The translations under genes were made by a program, and so were the position numbers. Positions 11,741-25,000 of a stretch of 64,000 nucleotides of DNA are shown in pieces. The notes beneath the pieces are model-generated. The model searched no databases and was not told the origin of the DNA. It saw nothing but the letters and a program-made list of their open reading frames with translations. Source of the stretch: Felis catus (Eukaryota); NCBI RefSeq assembly GCF_018350175.1, contig NC_058368.1, forward strand, positions 171,370,001 to 171,434,000. The letters run 5' to 3'. Positions within the stretch are counted from its first letter, which is position 1. The number at the start of each line of letters is the position of its first letter.

Positions 11741-11905
11741 TGAATATTTTATCCATTTGTGGTTATTTAGATAATAGTCATCTCCTACAGACTTCACAGA
11801 AATTTTATAAGAAGTAATCTGATTTTTGTTAATGGTTTTCTCATAAGGTCCGCAAATTCCTTTCAAGGGTAGATTCTCTCCTGGGTTTTCCATGGATGCC
11901 ACTTC
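11741..11905 (-). other. Candidate exon (165 nt, open in phase 0)
   Basis: Acceptor atatgtctgtag|, donor TCA|gttagt; encodes EVASMENPGENLPLKGICGPYEK...HKWIKYS; no homologue recognised. Confidence 0.25.
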
Positions 11906-12334
11906 CTACAGACATATGCTCATGAAAGGCCAGAGGAATTACCCAAATAGGATGGAAAGAGGGCCAAACACAGTAGTCCAGGCATGTGACAGAGCTGAAC
12001 CTTTTTTGGTATCTACCAGTTCCCATCCCCAGTGCCACCAGGCCCCTCTCCAACAGAGCAGGCCTACTGGTCTGATCATACTTCCTCTAGGCTACACATC
12101 ACAAAGAGGAGGTTTTCTCTCATCCCCTTATTTCTACCTGGGACTGATTCATTGGTTTAACTTCTCAACTTTCTTTGGAAAGGAAGTTACATAAATAAAA
12201 ACTTTCTTCTTGTTAGGGCATGTTGACTAAAATAAAGTTATCTTTGACTCCCAATATATTTTGAGAGGGCAAATGCTAACAATTAAACACTACATAGCAA
12301 TATGCCTTTTGGATTTTATTCTTTCAAGAAGAGG

Positions 12335-12925
12335 AAGAATATGAGAATAAGAAAACATAGAACTTGTTTAAAAAATGGCCACAGACTTTAACAGATACCT
12401 CACCAAAGAAGATATATAAATGGCAAATAAGCTTACAAAGAAATGCTCCACATCATATATCATCAGGGGAAAAAAAAATTAAAGCAACAACGAGATACTA
12501 CTATACATCTATTAGAATGGCCAAAATCTGGAACACTGACAACACCAAATGCTGGCAGGGATGTAGAGCAATAGGAACTCTCATTCATTGCTGGCGGGAA
12601 TGCAAAAGGGTACAGCCACTTTGAAAGAAAGTTTGGCAATTTCTTACAAGATTAAACACACTTTTACCACAAGATCCAACAATTGTGCTTCTCGGTATTT
12701 ATCCAAAGGAGTTGAAAACTTCTGTCCACACAAAAACCTACACATGGATACTTATTGAAGTTTTATTTATAATTGCCAAAAGTTGGAAGCAACCAAGATT
12801 TTTTTAGCAGGTAAATGGAAACTATGGTACATACAGACAATGTAATATTATTCAGTGCTACAAAGAAAAGAGCTATCCAACCGTGCAAAGACATAGAGAA
12901 ACCTTAAGTTCACATTTCTAAGGGT
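12335..12925 (+). mobile_element. Old L1 (L1MC-like) ORF2 3' fragment
   Basis: IRMAKIWNTDNTKCWQGCRAIGTLIHCWREC zinc-knuckle remnant. Confidence 0.85.
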
Positions 12926-12936
12926 CATTTCATTCC

Positions 12937-12938
<2 letters not shown>

Positions 12939-12978
<40 letters not shown>
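12939..12978. repeat. (GT)n microsatellite
   Basis: Directly visible. Confidence 0.95.
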
Positions 12979-12980
<2 letters not shown>

Positions 12981-13486
12981 TACTTTATTGTGGAAGAGAA
13001 ATATGGAAGTATACCAATGGCATTCTGGTTTAGTGCAACAGTGATAACCTGATCTAAAATTACATCCACAATTTCACCTCCCATTTTTTTTTTCCTTCTT
13101 TCTTCCTCTCTTATCTCTTCCCCTATTCTTCTCTACAGTGTAGTCTTCTTTCCTAAATCTATGATGCTTTTTGGGTCATTCAGCAGTTTTCATAATTCTC
13201 CTTGAAGATTTTGGTCCTTGGAGCACATATATTCTTTCAGTTCCAGTTAATAAATATACCTTCATAACATTCTTGGCTTAATAATATGAGAAACAAGAGA
13301 ATATGAGAATAATCTAACTGGAAATTAAGCATCATTTAAGAATGGAAGGACAAATAAACCATGAAAAGTATTTATATGTCCAGTTTAAAATCCTTGCTCA
13401 AATGATCAACTGCTGAAATAAGGATAAAGTAATTAACTTTATAAATTCAGCTAGCAAGACATATTTCTCCAAAAAGAATGAAAAGA

Positions 13487-13648
13487 GGGGCACCTGGGTG
13501 GCTCAGTCATTTGAGTGTCTGGCTTTTGATTTCAGCTCAGGTCATGATCTCAGGGTCATGGGATCTAGCCCACGTGATGGGATTCTGCTTGAGATTCTCT
13601 CTCTCCCTCCACGCCCCCACCCCAAACAAAACAAACAAACAAAAAACA
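13487..13648 (+). mobile_element. Can-SINE (short, internally deleted)
   Basis: ggggcacctgggtggctcagtc head, CAAA-rich tail, degenerate TSD aagaat(g/a)aaa. Confidence 0.85.
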
Positions 13649-13999
13649 GAAGAATAAAAAGCAAATGGAAAATTGGCCTTTACATTTTAAAAACACATTT
13701 TTCTTTCAAAATCAAATAAGGGAAAACTCTTATGTTTTTGATGAGCTAATTTTGTTAAAACAAATATAATTAGGCCATGCTTTGAAAAATTTTAAGTGAT
13801 AACCTTCTATGGATACAGAAATGAACCCCACTCCCAACAAGAATTAATTTTTGCCCTCTTAAAAAGTCTTTTTCCTTCTGTCTTTAAAAGCTCTTTAATC
13901 AGCAACTGAGTGAGAAGAAGTAAAACGTAATAACAGAGTAGATGATGAACCTGAAGAGTGGGGGAGCACCCAGAAAACCAATAAATATTCATTGGAAGG

Positions 14000-16900
14000 C
14001 ACTGCAGACCAGCTTAAGAACAGAAGCTGAAACTGGCAGTTTCTAAAGCTAAAAACAGGTGAGAGGATGAAGTATCTAGTAAACTTTGAAGAGACCCAAG
14101 TAGTCTATGAACTTCCAGAAGTGATCAGCTGGGGCTCTCTTCCAAGACAGAGACCACACAGGGAGGAGATCAAGTTAAGCAGGATAGTGACAACTGAGAC
14201 AAAGGAGGAGAAAAAGCTTATGGGAAGAAACCAGGAAACCTCAGGAAGGAAGTCACCATATTACTTAATACTACCTAAAAACAACAGAAAAAGAAACTAG
14301 AAGCTAGAAATACTTCCTGAGTCATCTCCTTCTAAAAGTTGAGAAAAACTGGTTTCTCATAAAATTTGGAAAGATGAGGATTGAGGTCAAATCTTATACC
14401 TTATGAAAAGGAAAAAAGAGAATAAAGGAGCAGAAAAACAGTAGCAATAATGAAAGCATGCCAAAAGGATGTGCCCATATATCAGACCAAAACTACTTCA
14501 AAATGAGCAAATAGACATTAAGAAATGGTAAAAGACATGAAAAAACAACATCAGAATCATAAAAAAAACCCTCAGAAATAAAGTGACAGGGCTCATACAA
14601 GAAATAAAAATAAGTTTTAAAAACCCATTTCAGTAATGAGGAATAAACAGAAGGAGCAAAAACCATTTCAGTAATGAGGAACACAGGAGGAGCAAAAAAG
14701 CAAATAAACATAATGCATAATGCCTGAACAGAATTATAAGGTGAAAAGAAATATGTTAAAAATTAGAAAGGAATGGAAGACATAAATCAAAAAGGAACCG
14801 ACAAAGTTAAAAAGGATTTAAGAGACAGTGACAAATACTAAACATAAACAAAGAGACCCAATATTGATAATAGGAGCCTCTGAAAAAAAAGAATACCTAA
14901 GCAAGGTTTGAGAACATTTGCCAAAAATTGAAAACTCAATAAAACTTCCCTTAAACTCTCTAAAACTACATATCGAGATTCATAATTATCAATACCGAGA
15001 CATGTGCTAGCAAAATGGTTGGACTTTGAAGAAAAAGAGAAATGCCCTTCGAGCACTTTTTAAAAACTGAGCAAGGGACTTATAAAGAAAAGGAAACTAG
15101 ATATTCATCAAATTAATTATCTTTTGGCACTGTTTTATGCTACAAAGAAAATGCTGTTAACATATATAGTTAAGACATTCTAAGAAAGAAAATGTAAGCG
15201 AAGGATTTTACCCAGCCCAAACTGACTTTCAAATATAAAGAACAATTGATATCAATGTGCAAAAAGTTAGCGACTGTGTTCCCATGAGCCCTCCTGAGGA
15301 TCCACTAGAGAACAAGTTTCAAACAACCTGTATAGCCAGAGAGAGATTACCATAAGACACTAAATAAATTTTATTTAGGCATTAAATAGTTTAATGTAGA
15401 ACTACAACTAAATGACGATTAAAAGGAGAGAGTATACTACCTGATGACTCTAAGCTCAGATGACACAGATAGTAGAATCATTTTAAAAGGAGGGAAGGGA
15501 GAGAGAGAGAAAGAAGAGCATATGCAGAGCACATTTTTAACTGTTTGGAGTAATCATTGTTGGTAATAGCATTAGCACTGCTATTATGAATGTGTTGTGG
15601 TACAATGTGGAATAAAGCAAGGGGATAATTACAGGATGTTCAGCTTGGAAGAAAGGAGATGAAGGCATAGTAGAAAAGAAGCTAAGTAAAAACCCAGTAA
15701 TACTGAGGTATCCATAGTGCTCAGCTTGTGGTCTTGAAAGATCATTTCCACTAAAATAAACCAGGGCTTTTTAGAGCATGCCCTCAATAGGGTGGTATCA
15801 CCTCCCTCACCACCAAGGAAGAGAAATTTGATTTGTTGGAGGATGAAAAAACTCTTTTAATACAGTGGTTTTTGGTCTTCCAAAGCTCAACTCTACCTAA
15901 AAAAATCTCATCTCTTAATATTTTATTTCTTTAATTAAGAATACATTAATTTAACTTTAATTTTCTCTTGGGGGTGGTGATGATTTTTTAAAAGGTTGAG
16001 AGATAGATACCATCTCAGAAAAAGAGTTGATTCCGGGACTAGGGAGGAAATACATAAAATAAATCTGGAGTATTTTGTCATGCCAGAGAGGAGGAAGCTA
16101 TGAAAGATTATTAGGGTTATGTCAGGAGGACTCAAGAACCAACTTAAAGAGGCTCCCATCTGCCAAAGATTGACAATTTGAGCTTCACTAAAGATAATAA
16201 TAGCAATGGACTGAAATCAGCCAAATATATTTGAATCCATCAATTCATAATGATACTAAAAAGTAGTCATTAGTCACCTTCAGAGATTAATATGGAACTA
16301 ATTCATTATTTCATATCCTACGTTTTTATTAGGCACTATACCATTATTTTGTGAACTCAGTGAATTACGAGATACAGATTACTCCCATTACAAAAATAGA
16401 GACAACCAGACATAAAGTTTCCCCCCCACCCCACCACCCCATGGTCTTTCCAAATACCAATTAGAGTTTTACCAAAGGGACTAGGCCTGAGTCAGGTCAG
16501 GCTTCTGGATCCATCTTCCAAATACTATGCCAAGAAATAAAATTGATTTTTAAAAAATGATGAGTTTTTGTCAAAAGGATACAGAACAGCTATAAGTTCT
16601 GATTAGCCAAAACTGCATCAATTTGAGCATCAAAATAAATGATAGCAATGGGTTTTAATTGTTGAATAAGATAATAATCCACGTATAGTGCTGATAGAAA
16701 GGAAGGAAGGGGAAAAAGGGAAGAAGGAAGGAAGGGAGAGAGAGAAAAAGGAAGAGCAATTTATAATAATACAGTTATTTAGAATAAATATGAAAAGAAT
16801 GATGGAATTAAAAACTGCAGCCATGGCAGTAATAATTAAATCATGCAAACATCAACAACAGATGCTAAAACTAATAGGAGAGTTTGCTGAGAAACATGAC

Positions 16901-17965
16901 ATTTACATAATCTCAACACATCTCCCCACAAAGTACTTACTAATTAAAAAGGGATTAAAAATAGGTACTTCACTGTAAAGAAAACTAAACCTTTACAATA
17001 AAGAAACCTTAACCAAGTGATTCAATTTAACATTACCAACAATGGGGAAAATTGACATTGTATGGCTCCTGATGTGATACACTGAGCAAAACAAAGCACC
17101 TGTATAATATTTCTGCTGAAAACACATAAATGGAATTGCATAATGAGGAAACAGCAGACTCCTAAATTGAGGGACATCCAACAAAAACAACAATAACAAC
17201 AAAAACTGACCTGTATTCTCCTAAAATGTCAAGATCGTAAAAGACAAGAAAATGTTTAGAGACTATTCTAGACTGAATAAAAATGAAGAGACAACTAAAA
17301 AGCAACATATGATCCTGAATTGAGTCCTGAATCCATTGTTAGAAAGGGCATCCATTGGGCCAATTAGCAAAATTTAAATAAGGTCTCTGGATTAGATGAT
17401 AAAGTTGTGTCAATGTTAATTTTCTTATAAAGATGGTTATATTGTGATTACCTAGGTTGTATTGTGATTTTTTTTTTTAGAAACTGCATACTAAAATATA
17501 TAAGGAAAATGGCACATCTTGCCTGTAACTCACTTTTAGTTGATTCAGGAAAAAGGAATAGTGCAAAGGGGCGCCTGGGTGGCGCAGTCGGTTAAGCGTC
17601 CGACTTCAGCCAGGTCACGATCTCGCGGTCCGGGAGTTCGAACCCCGCGTCAGGCTCTGGGCTGATGGCTCAGAGCCTGGAGCTTGTTTCCGATTCTGTG
17701 TCTCCCTCTCTCTCTGCCCCTCCCCCGTTCATGCTCTGTCTCTCTCTGTCCCAAAAATAAATAAATGTTGAAAAAAAAATTAAAAAAAAAAAAAAGGAAT
17801 AGTGCATGTATATGTGTGCACACACTTGAAGAGACAGAGACAATGACAAAGCAAATGTGGTAAAATGTTAACATTTGGTAAAACCAGGTAAGGATATAGG
17901 ATGGTTCTTTGGCTATTCTCATAACTTCTTTGAAAACTACATACTACTTCAAAATAAAAGGTTAA
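14000..17965 (+). mobile_element. Ancient L1-related element(s): decayed ORF1-like region (about 14400-15350) followed by a long L1MC-type 3'UTR; interrupted by a SINE and a probable small DNA transposon (about 15776-16007)
   Basis: ORF1-like remnants (accgagacatgtgctagcaaaatgg; aaggattttacccagcccaaactgactttcaaatataaag); L1MC4-like 3'UTR blocks (gattccgggactagggagg; taatgaggaaacagcagactcctaaattgagggacat; gcaaatgtggtaaaatgttaacatttgg). Confidence 0.65.
17568..17790 (+). mobile_element. Young SINEC_Fc
   Basis: CpG-intact consensus-like body; perfect 16-bp TSD aaaaaggaatagtgca (17550-17565 / 17791-17806). Confidence 0.97.
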
Positions 17966-18225
17966 GAAAAAGCCTCTCTGTTAAACAACTCTTGGGTCAA
18001 AGAGGAAATGAAAACCAAAATTGCAGATTGTCTTTTTAAGAAAATAATAATAAAAACACTGTATTACAGCCAATGAAGAAAACCTATGGTCTCAAATATT
18101 TATATTGCTAATTAAAAAAAAATCTAAGTATTACATTCAAGAAATTAGAAAAGGCAAGCAAAAAAAATCCATGAGAAAGCAATATAACAAACATAAAACC
18201 AGTGGTTAATAAATTAGAAAAAAAA

Positions 18226-18441
18226 GGGGCGCCTGGGTGGCACAGTCGATTAAGCGTCCGACTTCAGCCAGGTCACGATCTCGCGGTCCGGGAGTTCGAG
18301 CCCCGCATCAGGCTCTGGGCTGATGGCTCGGAGCCTGGAGCCTGTTTCCGATTCTGTGTCTCCCTCTCTCTCTGCCCCTCCCCCGTTCATGCTCTGTCTC
18401 TCTCTGTCCCAAAAATAAATAAAAAACGTTGAAAAAAAAAT
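18226..18441 (+). mobile_element. Young SINEC_Fc inserted in an old L1 ORF2 relic (about 17975-18540)
   Basis: Near-identical to the copy at 17568; TSD ttaataaattagaaaaaaaa. Confidence 0.96.
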
Positions 18442-18819
18442 TTAATAAATTAGAAAAAAAAAGAAAATGAGTAGAACTAATAAATAAAAATCAGGTTAAC
18501 AAAATAAAAACAATAAAATAACCCATGAACAAATTTAGTCAAAGAAACATGCAAGTTACAAAACAGCATATAGTATATATTCCATACTTCCCATGTCCTG
18601 CCTCACACTCTCTTGACCCAGCTTTGACTGCAGTCATTGCTGTGGTAAGTAATGCACACAGGTGCACCCTATTCCTCAGTTCACCATGGGGTGTTCTGGA
18701 GCTATGGCCAAGATAAAACAATCCATCTGAGAGCTGACAGAATTCCCAATTTACTGGCATAAGATCCAAAGCAATCTCTTACAGTGAAGGAGATACACAA
18801 GCAGGCACATGTCCACAGA

Positions 18820-19300
18820 CAAATAGAACAATGGAATAGTTTATTAAAGGCTCTGCTAAGCTGCCAGTTCCAGAAAGATACGGTGTGAGGTTGGGGGACT
18901 CTCCTTCCAGATGTAGTTATGTGTATTGATCTATATAGGTTATGCTGTCCACACCTGGAATCTGAGAAACAGGGTGCCAGTAGGACTGGCCTCTCTCACC
19001 ATTATTCCTGTGACCAATTTGCAGAATTTGTGTTTTCTGTCCCCTCAACTTTATTCTCGTCTGGACACTTGCTTCCAGAAATGCAGTAAGGGTTCCACCG
19101 AAGTTGAAGCTTTGACTACCATGAGGACTTTGTGAAAACAGGTAAAGAAAGGAATCACCATATTGGTGGAGATAACTGACTCTAAATACCCGAGGGGCAA
19201 GTTTTGTTGTTACACAATGAGAGCAAGAGGAGTATGTGTGAAACCCAGCAAAATCACTGGGATAATACGTTTCCATATTCAGTGTTCTGATAAATTTCAG
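18820..19300 (-). other. Candidate terminal exon of a minus-strand transcript (127-codon open frame, then AATAAA)
   Basis: Acceptor tttttgctctctttcttcag|, frame open 19300-18917, AATAAA at 18845-18840, GU-rich sequence downstream. Confidence 0.35.
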
Positions 19301-19383
19301 CTGAAGAAAGAGAGCAAAAAATATTGAACACTCAACATATATGTCAGGCATTTGTTTTACATGTACTTTCCCACAAAATCTTT

Positions 19384-19394
19384 TTTTTAAAAGT

Positions 19395-19429
<35 letters not shown>

Positions 19430-19613
19430 CTTATTTATTTTGAGAGAGAGAGAAAGCACGAGTCAGGGAAGGACCGAGAGAGGGGAAGAAAGAGAATCTC
19501 GAGCAGGCTCCATGCTGTCAGTGCAGCCTGATGTGGGGCTCGAACTCACGAATGAAGAGATCATGACCTGAGCCCAAGTCAGAAGCTTAATCAACTGAGC
19601 CACCCAGGCACCG
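19384..19613 (-). mobile_element. Can-SINE with (TTTA)n tail
   Basis: Head at the right; TSD ttc(c/t)cacaaaatcttt. Confidence 0.92.
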
Positions 19614-20884
19614 TTCTCACAAAATCTTTATAACAATCCTAAGGTATAGAAATTATTTCCTTCACTTACCATAGAGAATGACAGGGCAGAGCAAACCCAG
19701 ACTGGTCTGACATCAGAATCTGTGTCCTTTAATCATCTCACTCCATCTTAGGGCACTGAGAGGAAACTTGAGACATGGCCCCAACCTCACAAGAACACTG
19801 TTGGGAAAAATCTCCATCTGTGACATCCATAGATGTCATCCACACTTGAAAAATCCTATGCAAAATAGTAAAATCGATGCATTTGGACTCTGGAATACTC
19901 CAGCCTCTTTCTCCTTAACTGATTTAGAAACTCGCCTTTTACAGGCTTACACTGCTGTTAGATCACCCCTTTATTGACCAGATAGCTAGCCCAGGCCTAT
20001 TCCTAATTCTGTAAAGGTATCTCCTGCTCCATTCCCACGTTTCATTGAAATTACCATAACTTTGTTGTCATAGGTCCAACTGAGTGTCATAAAAACAATT
20101 TTAAAGGTTGACTCATACTAACATATGACCAATATACATAGCTCTGGAAACAAGTTTAAAAACAATGCTATTATACCATCACTAAAAGTGAAGACTAGCT
20201 ACAATTTCCTTCAAAAGACCTAATATAGTACTATAGTACAGTAGAGAGATACATGAAGATATTCTAAAGCCATTCTATGTGGTAAATAAATTAATTAAGC
20301 ATAGTACATTTATTTAGAAAATGATTACAATTGTCCATGGACAAAGTTAGTGAATTTAGAATTACTACATCTTAGAACAAATATGGTCAACATAATTCAG
20401 TGTGTTCCTTACCCTAGAGAAGCCAAACAAAGATACCAGAAGAGAGCAATGGCCTTACAAGAGCACAATCTCTCTAGATAATAAAAATTTTATGTAAGAA
20501 GAATGAGCAAAACAGGTATTAATGGGCAGGAACACATCACAGTTCCAAACGAATATATTCACTCAGTTTCTCACTTTAAGCCCCAGAAGGCACCATCAAC
20601 AAGTCTTCTTTTCCCACAGAAGAAATTTAATATTTATCTTTCTATTAGGCTTATACCAACTACCTAAATAATACAATACACTAGAGAAGCCATGAATAAT
20701 AGCATGGATTTTTAAAGCTGTATAAGGTAAACAATCCCTTTTCTGCTTGGAAAACAAAGCTAAAACCTCTGGCAACAAGCATATTACTGAGTGCTTTTTG
20801 GACACAATGCTCGTTAAACAAGTATTTACTGAGTACCTACTATGTACTATACCAGACATTATGCTTAGACCCTGAGGCTACAGT

Positions 20885-21065
20885 TGATGGTAAAAGCCTC
20901 TCAGCCCCTGGTGATCCCTACACCTCCAGTTATTCATCCTGTGTAATCCCCTCCCCTTGAGTATGATCTAGACCTAGTGACTCCCTTCTAATGAACAGAA
21001 ATGACAAAAGTGATTGGATGTCACTTCCGAGATTAGGCCATAAGGATACTGTGGCTTCTGTCTTG

Positions 21066-21101
<36 letters not shown>

Positions 21102-21398
21102 CCTCCCTCCCTCCCTCTCTCTCATCAGTCACCTTAGGGAAAGCCACCAACCAGGTAAGGAGGCAGCCAGGCCCCTATAAATTAGCCTGGAAGTAGATCA
21201 CCTAGGTCTGCCAACTACCACAGGAGTGAGCTTGAGAGATCCTTCAGCCCAACCTCAGGAGAGATCCTGAGCCAGAGACACCCAGCTACACTACACATAA
21301 ATTTCGAACCCACAGAAACTGTAAGGTAATAAATGCGTGCTGTTTTAAGCTGCTATATATGGGGTTAATTCGTTAAGCAACAACTGAGAACTATTACA
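20885..21398 (+). mobile_element. MLT1E/F-like solo LTR (ERVL-MaLR)
   Basis: tgtgtaatcccctccccttgag...ggatgtcacttccgagattagg...cccacagaaactgtaag.taataaatg...ctattaca. Confidence 0.85.
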
Positions 21399-21599
21399 CA
21401 ATGGTTTATAACACAAACAAGGTCCTTACCTAAGTAGAGCTTACAACTGAGTGGGTAGAGATGGATAATAAACACAGACATAGATAATATAATTTCACAT
21501 AATTTTAAATGCTATGGAGAAAGTCAAACAAAGTAACGGGATACAGGGTGACTGCCTAAGTGAATGGAAAAGGAAGACCTCTCTGCAGAGACCAGAGCG

Positions 21600-21960
21600 A
21601 AGTGGGCCTTTGCATTCGAGGCGAAGTATAAGTGCTATTATAATAAGTTAAATGAAAAGGTAGATATGAGAATCCAGCTAGCTCCTTTTAAACCAAACAT
21701 TAAAGAAATTTGCAAAACTATAAAGCAATGCCATTCTTTTTAATAATTTTTGTTTTGAAAAATACAGTTTTAATTAAAATGTCGGGTAACATGCATTATT
21801 GTCTTTAAATGAATTAATGAATATGTTTAAATTTTGTTTAAATTTCTAATATAATAAATATAAACAGCTATAACTCACATAAACAAAGTCTTTTGAGGAT
21901 CCTCAACAATGTTTAGGAGTGTAAATAGGTGCTGAGACCAAAATGCAGAAGAACTGCTGG
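21600..21960 (+). mobile_element. Charlie1-type hAT DNA transposon 3' fragment
   Basis: gatatgagaatccagct...acattaaagaaatttgcaaaa...tgagaccaaaa...agaactgctg. Confidence 0.75.
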
Positions 21961-24399
21961 TGTGGAGTACTGCAGCAAATGCTATGGAGTATGGATCTCA
22001 TTCTATGTTGAATGGCATAAAAATTCCATTGAAGGATTTTTAAGCAGGAAGATATGATCTGATTTAAGTTCTTAGAGATTATCTGGAGTTCTGTAAGGAG
22101 AATGGACTACATGGGAGAGAAAGGTGGAAACCTGGCAGTACTTGGCAAATAATTACCCACACATGTTTTCAGGCAGACCTGAAGAGGATAGTTCTGAAAC
22201 TGGGGGGTTGGATTTTTTACATCAGAAAAAAAAAAATCCCATGTGAAAATAACCGGTATCTCTATTATGCAACTGAAGATGTGCTACTATCATATTAATT
22301 TAAAAATAAAGGAATAAACAAATCCTGATGATTTTCAATGCAACATGGAATTTCCTTTCATTTTTTCCTCAGGCCCTGGGGATTTATTTCAAGCCCTTAT
22401 GTTGTACTCTGTGGACTTTACCTAGGCACACCATATAATTTCTAAGCAAAATAGCAAATTACACTTTGGTGACATTTTCTGCAAGATGAAACAATCAGAA
22501 AACAGGGCTACCTGCTGGCTACATTCGGCTTTGCTTTTGCCATTATGAAATTCATGCTTCTATAAATTGGCAGTAATAGAATTTCACCTACCTTATAAAT
22601 AGCACTTTTCAAGTTGGATAAAATGTTATCTCCAACAGCGGTGTGCCACAGAAATAGAAAACAAACAAATCAAACAAAAAGCCCTCTAATTTTTGCATTG
22701 TTGGATGAAATGTGGTGAGCTTTTTTTTCCTGCCAACTATCAACCCACAGAAACAACAGGATCTAGTCTGAAGTTCTATAAAGATTTCAGTTAAGATGAA
22801 TGACTATGGATGTTTTAGATATCTTTACTGAACTTTTCTGCCAACTTCAATGAATACTCACTCAACACTGTCAATGACTAGTAAACCCTAGCTTGATTTT
22901 TCTCCCATAAGTAATATTACAGAAAATATAGCTAAAATACTAGGAAAAACAGAAATTATATGTCTTCCCAAATTATAGGAATTTCTGATCCTGTTCATAT
23001 CTTCCTTTGTGAATTAAAACACCAAGGTAAGTGCCTACCTAGTGTAACCTAAATATAGTAACACATCTTACTCATTAACATTAATAATCTCCCTTTTTAC
23101 CTTTAGAAATGTAAAAAATAAAAACAAAAAAAAAACCTCCAATAATTTTATTTTCTCTGAGTAGAAAAGAAAAATCTGCATGGCAAAAGAATAAAATGTA
23201 ACACCATAAAGAGAAAGGAAAACCTGCTAAGGATTTGGTGTAGTATGCCTGATTTGGGCAACAGGGTACTATTTTAGCTTACACAGCTCAGCCTAGCTTT
23301 CAAGACAGGGAAAAGTAAGCAGAAGAAAGATCAGATTTTTAAAATTCTCTTTGGGCCAGCCTCAGGTAAGCAATTTTAATATAGCTATTGACCAGTGGAA
23401 GAAAAGAAATTATTTTCCTGGACATGTGATTACAAAACCAAATGTGGAATAAATGCAAACAAACCTGATATTAAAAGGCATAGCTTCTATGAAATGAAAG
23501 TGTGATTATTTTTTAAGCACTCTTTCCAACTTAATGAAATTTACCAGAGTGAATTTTAAATAGTATGTCTGAAATAGCACTTTATTTGCAGAAATTCATT
23601 TCATGCAAATTTTCAAAACTGTACTTAAAGTAAAGCATATCGGGCTTATTAAATTATGTGCATGATAGCTAGAACAAGGAAACCCTGGAAGTCAGTTTAA
23701 TTTCCTTCTACTTCTCCCCTTCTCGTATCCTTTTCTTTCACTCTTATTGACAGGCTCTCAAGACCCCACTGTTCCTGCTCTGTGGGGTGGTAATTGCCAT
23801 ATGAAGCAGGAAGCTTTAAACAGAAGAGGAATTAAGTAAGCCAGGGCCAAGCTTACCTGTGGAAGCTGCCATCATCATGTGATTTTAAAAGTTCCAAAAG
23901 ACCTCCTTGCCCTGCCTCCCAAATTTTGCCCGCTGGCTTCTACTTCAGAGCCAGAAATTGCCATAATTTCTACTCATTGACCCAAGGAAGTGAAGACTCT
24001 TACCTAAATACCAATATTATATATGAGAAAGAGTGTAGCAAGGTTTAAGTGGAAGGATAAAGAATGAACGTATAAGAGTTGTGAACCTGTCACATCAGTG
24101 GGAGACTCTGAAATCCAAGCTAATTAAAGTGGAAATTTCGTCTACAATACACTTGGTAAGGGTGAAATGAGGTAGATATAGGGTCAGTAAACTGGAATCT
24201 TAGTAGATAAGTAACATGGTGAGTAATGAGTGTTCAATTTCCAGAGAAAAATGAATCTTCTCACTGGAGCAGAAGTCCAAAGTCTTGAGAAAAGCTGATT
24301 CAGGAGATACAGGGAAAAGTAGGCACCAAAGAAGCAAATCAGAGATAGGTCAGATGAGTTTTTCCCTGGGGACATCTTAAAGGCATCAGACAACTTCCT

Positions 24400-25000
24400 A
24401 ACTGATAACAGAGAATATGATCAACTTTTACTCAAACATTTGAGATCACAGCATAGAAGTAAAGTGGAATTGTCTAGTTGGTTGACAGTAAGTATCTGTA
24501 ACTTAAAAGATCAAACCAGACTGATGACCTAAGAGAAAAAAATTACAACTCATCCACAGTGAGTTGATGGAGTGACATCACCAGGAAAATATATTAAAGA
24601 GTAAGACAGAGAATATAGCTGCAAAGACCAGGAGTAGCTACTGAGCTAGAAAAGGGGCAAGAGAAAGATTTTGGGATGAAAAAGAGGAGCCAGAAGGGTC
24701 TAGAAAACTAAAGGAAGAAGAAAAATTTCAAGAAAAGTGTAGACAACAGTGCCGATAGTTGGAGAGAAGCAGACAGAATAAGGACTCTGAGTAGAGTAAG
24801 ATGGAGGGCACTGATGAGCTTTCGCTGCATAGATTCAGTCAAATATAACAGGCAGTATAGGCTGTGTAAAAAGAAGATGGAGGCACAAAATATAATCTAC
24901 TCACTGGCCATTAAAGGAAATAGAAAACCGGATGATAACTCAAGGAAGCAGTGATGTCAAGGGAAGAATTTTCTCATGGTAGAGGAGACCAAAAAGAGAA
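24400..25000 (-). mobile_element. LINE-2 relic
   Basis: Degenerate purine-rich sequence resembling the L2 reverse complement. Confidence 0.5.

Larger units (their letters stand above)
20800..22135 (-). mobile_element. LINE-2 3' relic split by MLT1 and Charlie1 insertions
   Basis: caagtatttactgagtacctactatgt..., resumes at about 21400 and about 21960 (ccattgaaggatttttaagcagg...atgatctgatt). Confidence 0.7.

Noticed and set aside
17568..17650. tRNA-like A and B boxes
   Set aside because: They are the tRNA-derived head of a Can-SINE, not a tRNA gene
17650..18432. ORFs with QRETEHERGRGRERGRHR or PGACFRFCVSLSL peptides (also at 42334, 52348 and elsewhere)
   Set aside because: Can-SINE read-through translations
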